A stretch of DNA of 64,000 bases, taken from assembly GCA_964016885.1 (NCBI GenBank), contig OZ024742.1, forward strand, positions 123,318,001-123,382,000. The letters are read 5' to 3'. Below, one piece after another: positions 43,178 to 57,100 of this stretch (position 1 is its first letter; each line of letters begins with the position of its first letter). The notes beneath the pieces are model-generated. The model ran no database searches and had not been told where the DNA came from. It saw nothing but the letters and a program-made list of their open reading frames with translations. Origin of the DNA: Eledone cirrhosa (lineage: Eukaryota). The translations under genes were made by a program, and so were the position numbers.

Positions 43178-43232
43178 TATTATATTATGTTATATTATAT
43201 TAATATATATATATATTACATAGATAAATACG

Positions 43233-43332
<100 letters not shown>

Positions 43333-43848
43333 ATATTATGTTATATTATATTAATGTATATATATATTGTGCTTATTTGTATATTTATATAATTGCAATA
43401 ATTGTAGCCTGTCTCGACGGAATATATGAAACATTTCTGATATACAGAAATACATTATATTCATAATTGATTTTATTCCGCTCAAGCTGTTAGCTACATA
43501 GCACGGCAACTATGTCAGATGTTCATTAAAAATAAAGGAACGCCTTTGATGATGTGTAAATTGAATGTTTCACCTCTAATTGGGATATTTTCTACTGGAG
43601 GAAAAAAATAATGCTTCCGTTAGAGTAAAATGAAATTTAATGACATATACCAAGTACACGCACATATACCATATACTCGTGTGCACGCACATTTATATAT
43701 TTTTGAAAATACTTAGTATATATATATGTATATATAGATAGATGCATGCAAGCATACATGCACGCATACATACATGCATACGTACATATATACATACGCA
43801 CATATATACATACATACATATATACATACGCACATACATACATATATA

Positions 43849-43973
<125 letters not shown>

Positions 43974-44004
43974 ATATACATACATGCATAGACAGATATG
44001 TGTG

Positions 44005-44058
<54 letters not shown>

Positions 44059-45037
44059 AAAGAATAAAATGTGCATATAAAAGTTACAAATTGTAAGCAA
44101 TCTTTTTTTTATTCACCTAATTTCCATGTAAAAAGCTTCCTTCTTTCATAATCAGGAAACAAGACTTGTTAGTAATTAACATTTTATTACTAACTTGGTT
44201 TGTAAATGAGAGGATATATTTCCTGCTAATGAATACATATTTTGTTTTCTTGCGTCTCTTGTTTCATGATATCGTATGTATAGAAATAAATTTGATGAAA
44301 AATAATATCTATTATACATTATTTTTCCCCCTTAATTTCATTATTTTATCGCGCAGTAAAATATTCTCAACAATATCAATGTCAAATTTTTTATTGCTAA
44401 AAAATACTAAATTATATACATTTAACTTTGATTTCAATTAAATGTGTGGGAAGTTATTAGTCAACCTAATACATAAAACTGATTGATTTTAAATATAATG
44501 TTGTGTTTAAAACAACTCTTGATTGTTAATTTCTTTTTTTTTAAATAAACAAAATAAATGTGTAATATTTTATAAAATACATAAACCAGTGTTTATTGGT
44601 TTCTTATCTAATGACGAAGGATAACGAAGTAATGGGTGCTGTATTTGTCCATCTATTATGAAATACTCAAAGGATTGTTATATTGGGGTTGATTTCAATT
44701 ACTAGAATTCTTTCGTTTTCAAACATTAAAAGAAATCATGTGTTCTTGCTGCCTGTGTTGCTATTAAGTTCCAGTCAAACCTGATGGCACATATTTATTA
44801 TCAAACATTTTCTAACTGTCACTATACAGTTGTTTCTTTCTTCTTGCATAATGTTTATTCGTTTCTAATGTAAAAGAGTGCTATTTTAAGGATTGTTGGC
44901 TGATATTTCTAACAAGTTTAACGACCATGTAGAAACCCGTACCTTGTCTAATCTCTACATCCCTTCAAGGTCGATAATGAAAGTACCAGTCTAGTACTGG
45001 GGTCAATTATTCCTCTAATTCTCTTCCTCACTTCCAA

Positions 45038-45076
<39 letters not shown>

Positions 45077-45224
45077 CTTTATCTATCTATATATCTCTCT
45101 GGAAGAAATGGTCTGTGTATATACCTGGATTGAAATGGGTTCTATCAGGTTTAAAATGCCAAGGTATGTCACTACGGCGCCCCTACGACCCTACTATGCG
45201 TTACGATTCTAAACATATATATAA

Positions 45225-45370
45225 TTGTTCCTACTTTTGGCACAAATCCAGCAAATACCCAGTATATTACTGGTACTTTATTTTATCGACACCGTAAGGA
45301 TGAAAGGCAAAGTTAACCTCGGTGGAATTTGAATTCAGACAGTAAAGGGACGTAACTATGCTGGAAAGCA
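45225..45370 (-). mobile_element. SINE of the same family nested in a composite repeat
   Basis: Very similar to 36700-36850; absent from the paralogous repeat at 48100-48380. Confidence 0.85.
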
Positions 45371-46649
45371 TCCCTTCCAGCATACATACATATAATATCT
45401 CGTATGGGTGACAGAATGCGTCTGTCTTCGTCTTTTGATATGCAATAGAATATAGAATAACAAATCTTCAAAATAGAAAATATTTCGAGATATACATTTA
45501 GGATACTTACAAGAAACAGAAAAGCATTAATGAACTAGAACTTGGGGCCTGCAGGTCACTTCAAATTTGTTGCCTATCCCAACGGAGGTACCTCCATCCG
45601 CTCTACTGAGGCCTGTTTATTATGCTCTACTCAGTCTTCTAGATTAATTGTAGTAAAATTTATTATTGTGATAAAGGTTTTCCTTTGAACACGGCGTAGA
45701 AGTATTTTCCTGTATTCAGACAATTTAGTCAGAATACATAGCAATTTTAAACACAATAATACTTTGTTCACGTGATTTTAAGATTCGTGACAATGTATAA
45801 AGCGTTTGATTCGTTTTTAAATAATGTTTAGTAGTATTGCAGGTTAAAGAAATGCGATAGAAATGTTAAAATTTTAAGTCATTTTACTTCATGTTTGTCA
45901 TCTAGCCAAACTTCGCATAAATTGCTATTGTTATAAATTGATGTATTTCAAGATACATTTGAGCCAGAGAAGTGCAACCACTAAATTGTTTCGATTTTGT
46001 AACAAAGGTTTGTCAGATTTTAACATTTACTGCCGTTATTTAAAACAAAAAATAATGTAACCTTGACGCCAACATTTGAATTAACTTGATTTAAAGAGCA
46101 TCGATAAACTTTAAAGTTGTGAGACTGTTGTTAAGGTGTCAATACGATTGCAGCAATTCACAATATAACGAATCTTTATCTTAAATTTTAACAGGACATA
46201 AATAAAATGTTGATATTTCAACGATATTCCCTGTTCACGCCCTTGAAACAGAAATTTTCATTTACATATAAATGGAATGAAATATTGAAAATAAGCAAAT
46301 TTGTATATCAAAATAGGAATTCCGTTCACATATTTTATTATCCGGAATAAAATAAGCTCTCCTGCAGCTATTTTTATTATACTTATATATATATATTTAC
46401 TTTTATGTTGTGAGTATTTTTTTAACCAAGCTTTGAAAACACGTTTCAACAAAACATAGAAGGAAGAAATCTGAACAAGAAATACATTTCTTATTTCTTC
46501 TCTGTTATTTACTAATTTATTCGTTGTTTTAGAAATATTTCCTATTTATTCATAAAGTGACAAGTACGAATTGTTTGAAGTTAAAATATTGAACATATAT
46601 GTCAAAATGCTTTTCTAATACATTTTGATATAAGGCTAAGAACAGAATG

Positions 46650-46748
<99 letters not shown>

Positions 46749-47118
46749 CACATGTGTCTGTTTACGTATGCATATAACGAACGTGGGGGGGGGGTGACAG
46801 AAATGCACACATACATACAATCTTTTACCTGTTCCAGCCCACAGGCTGTGACTATGTGGTTAATTTGAGGCACCGCTATTACTGTTACTCCACTACCAAT
46901 AATTCACCCCCTTTGATGGATGAGAGAGACTGAGGTCGCTGCTCTCAGTTGTTTTTCTGTCGTGATATAAGCACGGTGGGATCTCTAATAGTAAAGTTTT
47001 CAATGCTTCTTGAATACATCTACATCCATCCTTGTAAGACCACTCAGGATTTTCAGCAGGTTATTAAATGATGTGGCCTTTTAAACGCTAAGCTATTGCA
47101 GTATAGTATCCTAATGGT

Positions 47119-47157
<39 letters not shown>

Positions 47158-47993
47158 TTAATACTACACACAGCCAGAGTCTTCTGGTCTATACGTGGTG
47201 CTGGTATGTGTGTGTGGTTAAGGTGCGTCGTGTGAAGGCGTCCCTCAGTTCAAGGTATGTGTCATTATGTACGTGTGCCCGTCTATCTAACTGTGTATAT
47301 TTACATGTATGTCTCGCTGTATTGCTAACGCGAGGGTGTGTGTGCTCGTGTACTAAACGATGTGTGTGTGTAATCAATTTTTCGTGTATTCAATTTATCT
47401 TTTATTGCTGATGTGTGACTGGTTTTAATACGCTTGATTTGTTGCGTATTGTCAGGTGTGTGTTTATCCGAATGTGAACTGCATTTACGTTTGATTATGT
47501 ATACGTGTGTAAGCCACAGTGTGCGTGTTTATGTGTGTGTGAATATTCTACAAACGGATAGTATTTTCCTTAAAAACGTCTTTATCGTGTTAGTGTGTGC
47601 GTTAGTGTGTTTATGGGTGTCACTGAAGTATATGCACCAAATGTGTTGTGTGTATGTTCGTCCGTAATGGTATATGTATTATTTCTATGTGCGTTATATG
47701 TGTATCTGCGTGTGTGATTATTGTGTGAGTAGTTCAGTTTAGGTGTGTGGCTATGTGTAATATTAATCGATTAAAGATGTTTATCGTTTCGTATTTTCTA
47801 GCATGTTTACATGAAAACATGTTAGATATGTATATATATATTTATAAACGTGGGTACATTCTAGCTTACACACTCAACATTTAAACATATATAACTTTAT
47901 CATAGACTTCGTCGGCTAGCGAACTTCTTACTATAAATAAATATATATATTTATATATATATTTATTTATAGAAAAATATATTATATATATAT

Positions 47994-48029
<36 letters not shown>

Positions 48030-48147
48030 AACAAATAGTAGAAAGGAAAAAAAATTTTTCAGTAAAAAATGCTGAAGAGATTCTTTCAGTGTAATATCAA
48101 AACAAAGGTCGATAAAATTACCAGTCTAATACTGAGGCGATTCTTCC

Positions 48148-48230
<83 letters not shown>

Positions 48231-48381
48231 AAGAAGTCGGCTGTATATATACCTGGAATGTAAAGGGATCCATCAGGTTTTAAATGCTAAAGCATGTCAC
48301 TACGGCGCCTCTTTGACCCTACTATTCATTACAGTTCCATATGGGTGATAGAATGCCTTTCTCTTCGTCTTTTGATATGTT

Positions 48382-48464
<83 letters not shown>

Positions 48465-48469
48465 TATAA

Positions 48470-48535
<66 letters not shown>

Positions 48536-48581
48536 GAAATAAAAGGAGGCTGGACTGGTGTAAATCCTTGAAAGGTTTATT

Positions 48582-48639
48582 ATACTATGATCATTTCAAT
48601 GACCGGGTTCCATATGAATCCGGTGATATCATCAGGTAT
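48582..48639 (-). ncRNA. Type I hammerhead ribozyme, family K
   Basis: ATAC-CTGATGA-TATCACCGGATTC atatg GAACCCGGTCATT-GAAA-TGATCA-TA|GTAT. Confidence 0.82.
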
Positions 48640-50326
48640 TGGAATATAACAAAGGAATATGTAAAAAGCCATGGGTCCGAAAAACCATGGGTCCGAGAAA
48701 CCAGAGACAGAGAGGGTGGCTGACCAACTAGCTTCACAGCCAGCCTCCCTCAAATTGTTGGCAACCGAAAACTACCAGTGATTATCTGGTAAGGGGGAGC
48801 AGGCCTATCATGTACTACCACCACTCCGTCAAAGAAGAAGGGGAAGAAAGAAAGAAAGGGAGAACGAAGTGTAGTGTAAGGGTCAAACTACATTCAAGTT
48901 TGAAAATGCCGCGAAAAAATGCTACCCAAAGAATCTATAGTGGGTGTCTGTATGGTCTAATGTGTGAACCGAAGATTGGAACGCTAAACTTATGTTGCGA
49001 GTTATAGGATGAAATAAATTAAATTAAAAATATTATATTGCAAAATGGTAAATTGAAAGATAGAGGTAGCGAGATTTATTTATTTAACGAACTTACGGAG
49101 AGAGTCTTATATGAAAAAAATTTGTTTTAATTAATTCGATAAGATATTAGGATGGGATATAGAGTAAAGATTTCGATTGGGAGTCCCAGCCAGCACACCC
49201 ACCACCATGAGTCAGCCAGTCTCGAGTGGTATCGTCCACCTAAAGAAATGGAAATTAATTTTTCCGAGTACTCTAGGAACGTAGCTAACTTTGGCCCCGG
49301 GATCGCTAGCGGGAACCCCACAATTTCGACAGGCCATCGTCTATACCACGAATACTATTAAATCACACATTAGGGGTTTATTTACGTGTCAATAGATGAT
49401 ACAGCTAATAGTTGTGCCCAAACCTGGAGTTTGTAGGTACATGTATAATTAGGCGGCCAAAACAGGTGGCGCGGTGGGACTGGGGCAGAGCAAGCCACTC
49501 CGAGTAATTTCATTTACCGAAAGAGGAGAAATTTATTTTTCTGAGCACTCAAGGAAGGCTGAACTTTCCGAGTGCCCAGCGCGCAGCCGGGGAAAAGCCA
49601 CCACACAAGTCAAACAATGAAAAGTGCAAATAGATCAAAATTATTTTAAATTATTTTAAAGTCCCAGTTGGTCCTGGTTATAGGTAGTGTGGTTCTTAGG
49701 TGGGTAGGGGGCTATGACCTGAGTAAGGAAAGTTACAAAAAAATACCAATACATGGATAAAAATACATTAATAAAATAACAGAAAATAATAAAATAATAA
49801 AATACATTAATGAGAGAGTAAAAAAATTAATAAAAGTAAATAAGAGTCAATATAGATCAAGTTCTAGTAAGATAATATAAGTTGTACATATAGATACAGA
49901 TATAGAGGATGGAGGAGATGGAATGGTAACAGATTGTACCTAGTGTAAAGTTCGGGTTCCGAATTCAGTGCGAGTCACAAAAAGTCCTGAGGTATAGAGT
50001 AGAGAATACAGTTCATACAATACAAGTTTTAGTATAATACGTAGAGTTTTGTCGGAATCGGAGTCATCCCGACAGGGAAGTGGTATCAGGTGACGGTAGA
50101 TAAGGCGCAGAGCAGCCAAAATCCGAATGGCAAGTAGATCAGTTAATCCCATGCTGGTAATAGCTGTACACTGAAGTCGGTGCCGCTGTTATATATATAT
50201 AAGTTAAAACAATGAAATAAAAAATCAAGTCATTAGAGATATACTTCACTGCTTTACGATCGTTTCTAGATGGTGATAATACATTGTAGCTGTACTTCGT
50301 TATTGATCTATGTAAGTTTACAAAAA

Positions 50327-50456
50327 GCTTTTGAAAACAGCTGGTGATATGCATGTAAGTATATATTCTCTGTATCTGATAATTTATAAACTTACATAGA
50401 TCAATATTTGAGTATAGATACAATGTATTATCACCATCTAGAAACGATCGTAAAGC
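50327..50456 (+). ncRNA. Decayed type I hammerhead, family L, in palindrome 50196-50509
   Basis: GCTT-TTGAAAA (decayed core)-CAGCTGGTGATA...TATCACCATCTA-GAAA-CGATCG-TA|AAGC; the 3' half also occurs at 50255-50266 (-) and 14075-14086. Confidence 0.6.
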
Positions 50457-51143
50457 AGTGAAGTATATCTCTAATGACTTGATTTTTTTATTTCATTGTT
50501 TTAACGTATATCATGACTCTGTTTTCCTTTTAATGTTTTATTGTTTTCTGAGATTTATCTTAACCTATAATATTTTCAACATATGGATTACATTGAGTTC
50601 TTCATACAGAATAGACCCCACAACTTACAGTCGATACCTCTGTGTATATATATATATATATATATTTTAGTCTTCAAATTTTTTATTATTACTATATATA
50701 TATATATTTAATGAGATACATATATATATCTATATGTATATGTATCTCACTCTCTCTATATATCTATCCTTCTCCGGTCTCCGGATGAAATATGCTGTAT
50801 TCAGACTTGGAGAGGAGATGAGTTCCACCAAGTTTATAAAAAATGCCCCATATTTGAATATGGTGACACTACGACTCCCTTCGTGAGTTTTGGGACCCTA
50901 CCATACCTACTTTTTTCTGAAAGGGAAGCAAACATGAAAATCAGGTGGTTTTCTTTACATCATACTCAAATATCTTACTTTAACTAAGCAACTTTCGACG
51001 TTATCTTATTTATATTTCATATCTCCTACTAATTCCATATCAATGGACAAGCCTATTTTTGTTTTTATTTGTATCTTGTATGTCTTCAAAGTAGAGAGAT
51101 GGAAGTACAGATAGGCAATTAGTTAATTACATTATATTACATT

Positions 51144-51330
51144 GTGGATTGGCAGTATTGGTAGAGGGTCAGACACCATACTTTGACGCATAGAGTTACG
51201 GCCCTTTCCATTCTGAGTTCAAATCCCGCCGAGGTCAACTTTGCCTTTCATCCTTACGGGGTCGATAAAATAAAGTACCAGTAATGTACTGGGTATTTGC
51301 TGGCCTTGTGCCAAAAGTAGAAACAATTAT
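51144..51330 (+). mobile_element. tRNA-derived SINE (most abundant family in the window)
   Basis: A-box-like TGGCAGTATTGG, B-box GAGTTCAAATCC, central GCCTTTCATCCTTACGGGGTCGATAAAATAAAGTACCAG resembling MetaSINE-type domains (recalled). Other copies: 305-440 (-), 3225-3350, 9585-9770, 11690-11870, 28530-28660, 28745-28860, 30050-30180 (-), 30540-30690, 42410-42500 (-), 57307-57517, 58356-58505 (-). Confidence 0.85.
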
Positions 51331-51424
51331 ATTATCTGAGTAAATGTATTCGGTTTAAATCAGAAGGATTGATATAGAGAAAGAAGAAAGGAGGTATAAT
51401 GTGTGTAATATATATATTTGTGTG

Positions 51425-51463
<39 letters not shown>

Positions 51464-51512
51464 ACATATATATATATATGTGTGTGTGTATGTGTGTGTG
51501 TGTATGTATCTG

Positions 51513-51558
<46 letters not shown>

Positions 51559-51738
51559 AATATATATATTACCCACATTATATCTCCTTTCTTCCAACCA
51601 AACAGTGAGTGTGTTCTGTTATTAATTCTGGCAATATTATTGCACAAATATGACCCTCCTCAAGTATATATATATATATATATATATATATACGATGATA
51701 TTAAATAACAGGAAACTATATTTATAAAACCATATTTA

Positions 51739-51796
51739 TTCTATTATATATATTTCAAGGATACCAAAAACTTTGGTATGCTTTCATCAGATAAAA
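51739..51796 (-). ncRNA. Type I hammerhead, family M
   Basis: TTTTAT-CTGATGA-AAGCATACCAAAG TTTTTGGTATCCTT-GAAA-TATATA-TA|ATAGAA. Confidence 0.82.
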
Positions 51797-52240
51797 TACA
51801 AAGTGTTTTATAAATTTTGACATAGCCAAGGAACATACCTTAACGGTTGAAGTTTTACTTGGATAGTGTACTTAGAGACAGATTTTTCAAAATTGTTAAG
51901 ATGAGTATGCAAATGAATATTTAAATGAGGTTGAGGTTTTAAAAAACTTTATTTTAGACGCTATGGAGAATTTAGATATGTGTTTCTATTAGTAGGAAAG
52001 AAAGAAAAGGAAGAAAAAGAAAGAAAAAAGGAAAAAAGAAAAGAAGACCTTATATTTACATTAATTTTGGGGAAAAAATTTGAAGATTTACATATATTAT
52101 GTATATACTTATATGGAGAATTATGTTTGTAAGTATTTATCTTATTACAATTTTGTAATATAGCCTCTAAGTCCAAGGAAAACTTCAACCGTTAAGGTAT
52201 GTTCCTTGGCTATGTCAAAATTTATAAAACACACTTTGTA

Positions 52241-52298
52241 TGTTATCGGATGAAAGCGTACCAAAGTTTTTGGTACACTTGAAATATATATAATAGAA
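52241..52298 (+). ncRNA. Type I hammerhead, family M (mirror arm, core CGGATGA)
   Basis: Inverted copy in the fold-back element 51697-52340. Confidence 0.65.
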
Positions 52299-52599
52299 TA
52301 AATATGGTTTTATAAATATAGTTTCCATTTATTTAATATTATTGAATATTATACTTCAAAAAAAATCTGCCGAGTGTTCTGAATCAGTTATATACATTTA
52401 TATTTGTTTAATTACCAACAAATTGAATATCCCTTCTGCTTATATATATATATAAAAGGAAAATGTTCAAGACCCCCACGGTAGAGCTCAAACCGTTTCG
52501 ACGGCTATTTCTGGACAGAAATAGCTGTCGAAACGGCTTGAGCTCTGCCGTCGTGGTCCTCCTGGTTTCTTACCACACTTCCTTCGTTATTTATATTTT

Positions 52600-53060
52600 T
52601 TCCTCAGCTGCGTTTGTCTGTTTCTTTCTTACAGCTTCCCCTCTCTCTGTATCTCTCACCCTCTTTTTACCCCCTCTGCCAGTCACACTCTCTCTCTCGG
52701 CTGGCTTCTTCCTCACACATCCACTCACTCACTCTCTGCTTCTCCCCTCTCTCATTTCCTCCCGTTTGACATGTGTGAAATCCTTTTCTCGCTCACATCT
52801 CACCCATGTCGGATGATCTGTATCTCGTCCATGAATTCACCAAGCTTAAGCTTACATATATCATGTACTTGTCTCTTCCTATCTTTCCGTTGCAATACCA
52901 TCGTTGTTTGTTTACATGTCTCGCTCGTTTCAGCCTATTTCACTTGTCCCAATAACTTTATTTAGTTATTGCTCGCACCAACCAGAGGTATATGATTTTT
53001 AAAGCGATGAAATACCAATGAAAGTTAGAAGATCACTGATGAAGGACTAATTTTATTCAT
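52600..53060 (+). repeat. Dispersed CT-rich repeat ending in a CTGATGA half-motif
   Basis: Diverged inverted copy at ~34530-34900; both show ATCA-CTGATGA-RGGACT. Confidence 0.6.
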
Positions 53061-53074
53061 ATATATATATATAT

Positions 53075-53375
53075 AACGATTGCTGCACGTCGGGCTGAGG
53101 AGGCCAAACTCTCCAAATACCGCTCGCTCTGCGACAGTTTCGCAGTCGTGCCCTTGGCAGTGGAGACTCCTGGTGCCCTTGGCCCTAGGGCTACCTCCCT
53201 ATTCACCACCATAGGCGCTGAGATATCCAGCCGCAGGTGTGAGTCTCGCGAGTTGAAATGGCTTTTCCAGCACATCTCCTTTACCATCCTCCCGGGAAAC
53301 GCCTTCTCGATCCTGTCCGCCGGGGCTGTGAGGAGGCCAGCACGTGGGACCCAATTTGCTGACCATACGGATTAA
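53075..53375 (-). mobile_element. GC-rich possible LINE (Tx1-like) internal fragment
   Basis: Composition matches the Tx1 copies and it abuts a TA run; no diagnostic motif. Confidence 0.25.
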
Positions 53376-53632
53376 TAGGCAACGTTATAAACTATTGTAA
53401 ATAAACCTAGTTATACCATAAAAATAGGAGAAAAAAAAGTGTAGTAAGGAACCAGGTGGACCATAACGCACAAGAGTACTCGGTACTTAGGGTAGTTGAG
53501 TGGGTAATAGGAAAAAAAGTCAGGACACCGACGGCTAAGTTTGGATCTATCTGTCGAAATGCCGGAGCTCAGCCGTCGGGGTCCTGACTCTTTTCCACTA
53601 TATATACATATATGCGTGTGTGTGTGTGTGTG

Positions 53633-53665
<33 letters not shown>

Positions 53666-53854
53666 CGCGTATTTGTGTCGTTGTGTGGGTCTGTGTGGGT
53701 CTGTGTGTATATGTGTATGTGTACTGTTTTAGTTTTGGTTTGTGTATTTATTCATTTATCTATTGTAACAAATGTTGTTGTGTAGTATTCACAACTAACC
53801 ACGTCATAATGCTTGGGAAGGTGCAGTAGCAATAATTCTAATGGTCTACGTCCA

Positions 53855-54130
53855 GTGGAGGTATTTGGCCTAGTGGTAAGAGTCTTGGAAATAATGCCGT
53901 GGCTTCGATTCCTGTAATTGCTTGTTGAGATATTCAGCAAAAACTATCCATTTCACCTTGCTCCAGTTTACTCTACTGAAAATGAGTGCCAGCAATAGCT
54001 GAGGCTTTAACGCTTCGATGGACTGGCGTCCTATCCAGGGGGAGGCTTCTACTGTCAGTAGTTTCATGCCACTGTAACAGGGATAAGCACCGGTCTGATG
54101 AGCCTCCGGACTCGAAACAGAACTTAGACT
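53855..54130 (+). mobile_element. tRNA-derived SINE with V-domain-like segment
   Basis: A box TGGCCTAGTGG, B-box-like GCTTCGATTCC, and GATGGACTGGCGTCCTATCCAGGG. Confidence 0.7.
54072..54120 (+). ncRNA. Type III hammerhead-like fold at the 3' end of a SINE
   Basis: CTG-TA|ACAGG gataagca CCGGT-CTGATGA-GCCTCCGGACTC-GAAA-CAG; stem II irregular. Confidence 0.5.
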
Positions 54131-57100
54131 TTTTTTAAAGTTCAATACATTTGTAATCAAAAGCCTTTCCTACGAGAACATGACATTTGTTCCTCTTCTG
54201 ACATAGTGACATATGTTATATCTAGAACTATATTGTCCCCGGTGTCTTTCCTTTTACTATCTCACCATGGTAGCATGTGTTTTAAGGGGAACTGGTGATA
54301 TTTCCAGCGATCATATTGACTCCATTTATCTGTTGTTGCTGCTGTTTAGCTACAAACCAATGGTGAGGGAGTTGATCTAGGATCAAAGACATTCCAGCCT
54401 TGACCAGTCCGTTTATCCCAGACTGCACAACCCAATATTCCTATTTTTAATACAACAGAGTGCAGTTTAGGGAAGATTTTACTATTATTTCTAGCAGCTC
54501 AGGCAACCACAATGTTGAATCCTCTTTCGTTTATCGTTGTAGGTGTAAATAAGTATGTTGTGTTGTTAAAATCCACAAATGTTTCCTTAGCATTTTGTGG
54601 TAAAGTGTATCCATCTCATTGATATAAATATGAATTCGGGTCTAGTTTTCTTTCAATACTCCTTTATTAGTATTATTATTATGAGATAATACCAATGTTC
54701 GTTGTAGCTCTTGTAAAAGCAGCGCTGGGCAAACTACGATCCCATGCTTCATTCAATCCGGCCCTCACTCTTCACTGGATATATTACGTTTTCCATATCA
54801 GTCGGCGAACAATCATATTTAATATCGGGAAACAAACGTATATTTTCGCTGTGGCTTCAAATTAATTAATGTTTTATTTTAATATAACAAATATCCAATT
54901 CAATACAGTGCCTTCTGGCATCTGTTGAACGTACCCCTCGCTGGTTGACCTCCCCCGATTTCTGTTTGTTTTGGGTCATCGAGGATGTAGCCACACACAC
55001 CACACTTGGTCCATTGGGTGTTGGCGAAACATTTTAACATCGATAGTTGTGTTGAATAACTGAAACCGCAGTAGCTTAACCAAAAAATCATTAACGTAAT
55101 TAAACGGTCTTATGTTATGAGAAACGTCTACTCTGGATATTCTTTATATCAGTGGTAAGAAATAAATATTTTATTCTACGAATAAATGAAACTACATTGC
55201 ATTAATTGAAAAACAAAATGTCTATATAGCCTTGAATGATCGTAGCTGCATTTTCTGTTCACCTTGGCCCACGAGACGTAAAGATATTTCCAATCCAGCC
55301 AAACTCTTCTACTGGAATGCTGAGACTAACATGGTTGGTGTTCTGGTCGCAGATTTGTAGATCAATGTTTTCAAGAAAAAGGCGAGTGATGGCTGCATTC
55401 CAGAATGTTTGCAGAACTTGGGGAATATGTGGGTTGGGGTGAGGCTTGTGAATCAATGAGTGAGATTAATGGCAGGAGAAAAAGAGAAAGATAAATGAGT
55501 CCAGTGGTTTGCCGAGTGAGAGTAAGCAGTTAGATGGTTCTGAAGAGCGGGGAACATTTTAGTAATAATAGAAGCAAAAAGAAGATATCCCTATGTCGAT
55601 GAGCCAGTGATTGCTGTGTGTTAGTGGTTATTTACCAATCACTCAAATAGGTGGGTTTGTTTAACTATAATGAGCTATAGGAAATAACTCATGGATTTGT
55701 ATGAATAAAATAAAAGTCGATGTTCTGAAAACCGTACGTAATAGGTTATTAATTGAAATGTTCTCCTTATTTGGAGAAAGCAAACAAAAGCCTTACAGCT
55801 ATTATTAACTACCCCCCACGAATAAGAAATACAATTAAAACTACTTTCTCAAAATTAATCTACTTGCTTAAAGGAAGGAAGGTCTTATCTGAAAAGATTG
55901 ATTAAGCTTTCCTTCCCTAATTATGGAATAACTATGGACATGTTTCAATCTGTTACAGACGCATCCTTAAAGTTTAGATGATGAACTATTTTTTTTGTTT
56001 ACTAAAAAATATTTTATTTTATAAGGCTATTTATAGAAAAACAAAACACAATATTAAAGGGAACAAAAAAAAAGGAAATGAAAAGAAGAAAACAGAAAAA
56101 GAAAAAATAATTAATTAACGAAAGAAAGGAGGCGAGGGGAGTAGACACTATACCCCAGTCTGTGCGATGATTCAGCTGCGCCCCACGGACAAAATGTTAA
56201 AGACATTATCCCGGAGAATGGCCAGAGATACCAGCTGCAATATCCACCCCATCTTACGGGGCTTCTTCATTAAGTGGGCTGTCCTTCTGATTTTACGCAG
56301 AGCGGGAACCAAAGACCCCAAAGGACTTGACGGAGACCGGTAAAAAGAGGAAGCAGTCGGTCAGGCTCCGGTATTAAAGTATCTTTAATTAACTTGTTTG
56401 GCTTGCTCGTCTGCATAGTAGTAGCGTCATTATCGTTTTTAGCGTACTATAACCCTCTTTGTTTAATATAATATTTGAAATATTTAAAAGAAAAATATTT
56501 ATAGTGTTTATCAAAACTGCCTGCTTTCAGTTCAGTTAGTATTTTGTAAATTTACACATGGGTAATACAACTCGAATTTTAAAGCTATTTGGTCAGGTGA
56601 ATAATCTCAGAGAATTAAATGACTAACTGTTGGCAATAGCATTAATAGTTTCTCAAATAAATTTCACTTTCTCAAATTAAAGAAATTAGCTATTTCTTTA
56701 TATGGGTTTTTATTTTCAATTTCTTTGGCTCGTCATTAGATCTATTCTCACACTCTCCCATTTGTTGTTGCTGCTGTCTTTGTAGGTATGACGTCAACAT
56801 GTTTAATGCTTAGACGTCACTAAATTCTGTTTACTGCTTAAACATTTTCCTACTTCGTTTAGACAATTTCCATTGTATATATTATCTCTATAGATTACAG
56901 AAGTTTTCCATTGCGATAATGTGTAACGATAAGAATTAAAACCCATAATATTCTCGTAGATTTGAATGTGATGACAGGAGCAGATACTAAATCGGAAACT
57001 GGTGACTATTTATAACAAATTTAGATTTCTTTTTTTAAATACTAATTTATATCAAATACTACTGGCTCAATACCATTGGATCCCAAAGTATTTTCCGATA

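Larger units (their letters stand above)
51697..52340. mobile_element. Fold-back element with ~165-bp arms, HHR in each arm
   Basis: 51697-51863 vs 52172-52340; (TA)n on the left. Confidence 0.8.

Noticed and set aside
54900-55091. CxxC-containing ORF resembling a PHD/zinc finger (also 59090-59330)
   Set aside because: Incomplete ligand sets and stops; cannot be distinguished from chance without a profile search.
55236-55456. Possible RTE-type LINE C-terminus (LQTF..N...GWIG)
   Set aside because: Similarity too weak to support by eye.
56020-56375. Possible LINE 3' end on the minus strand
   Set aside because: GC-rich block next to an A-rich tract, but no recognisable motif.
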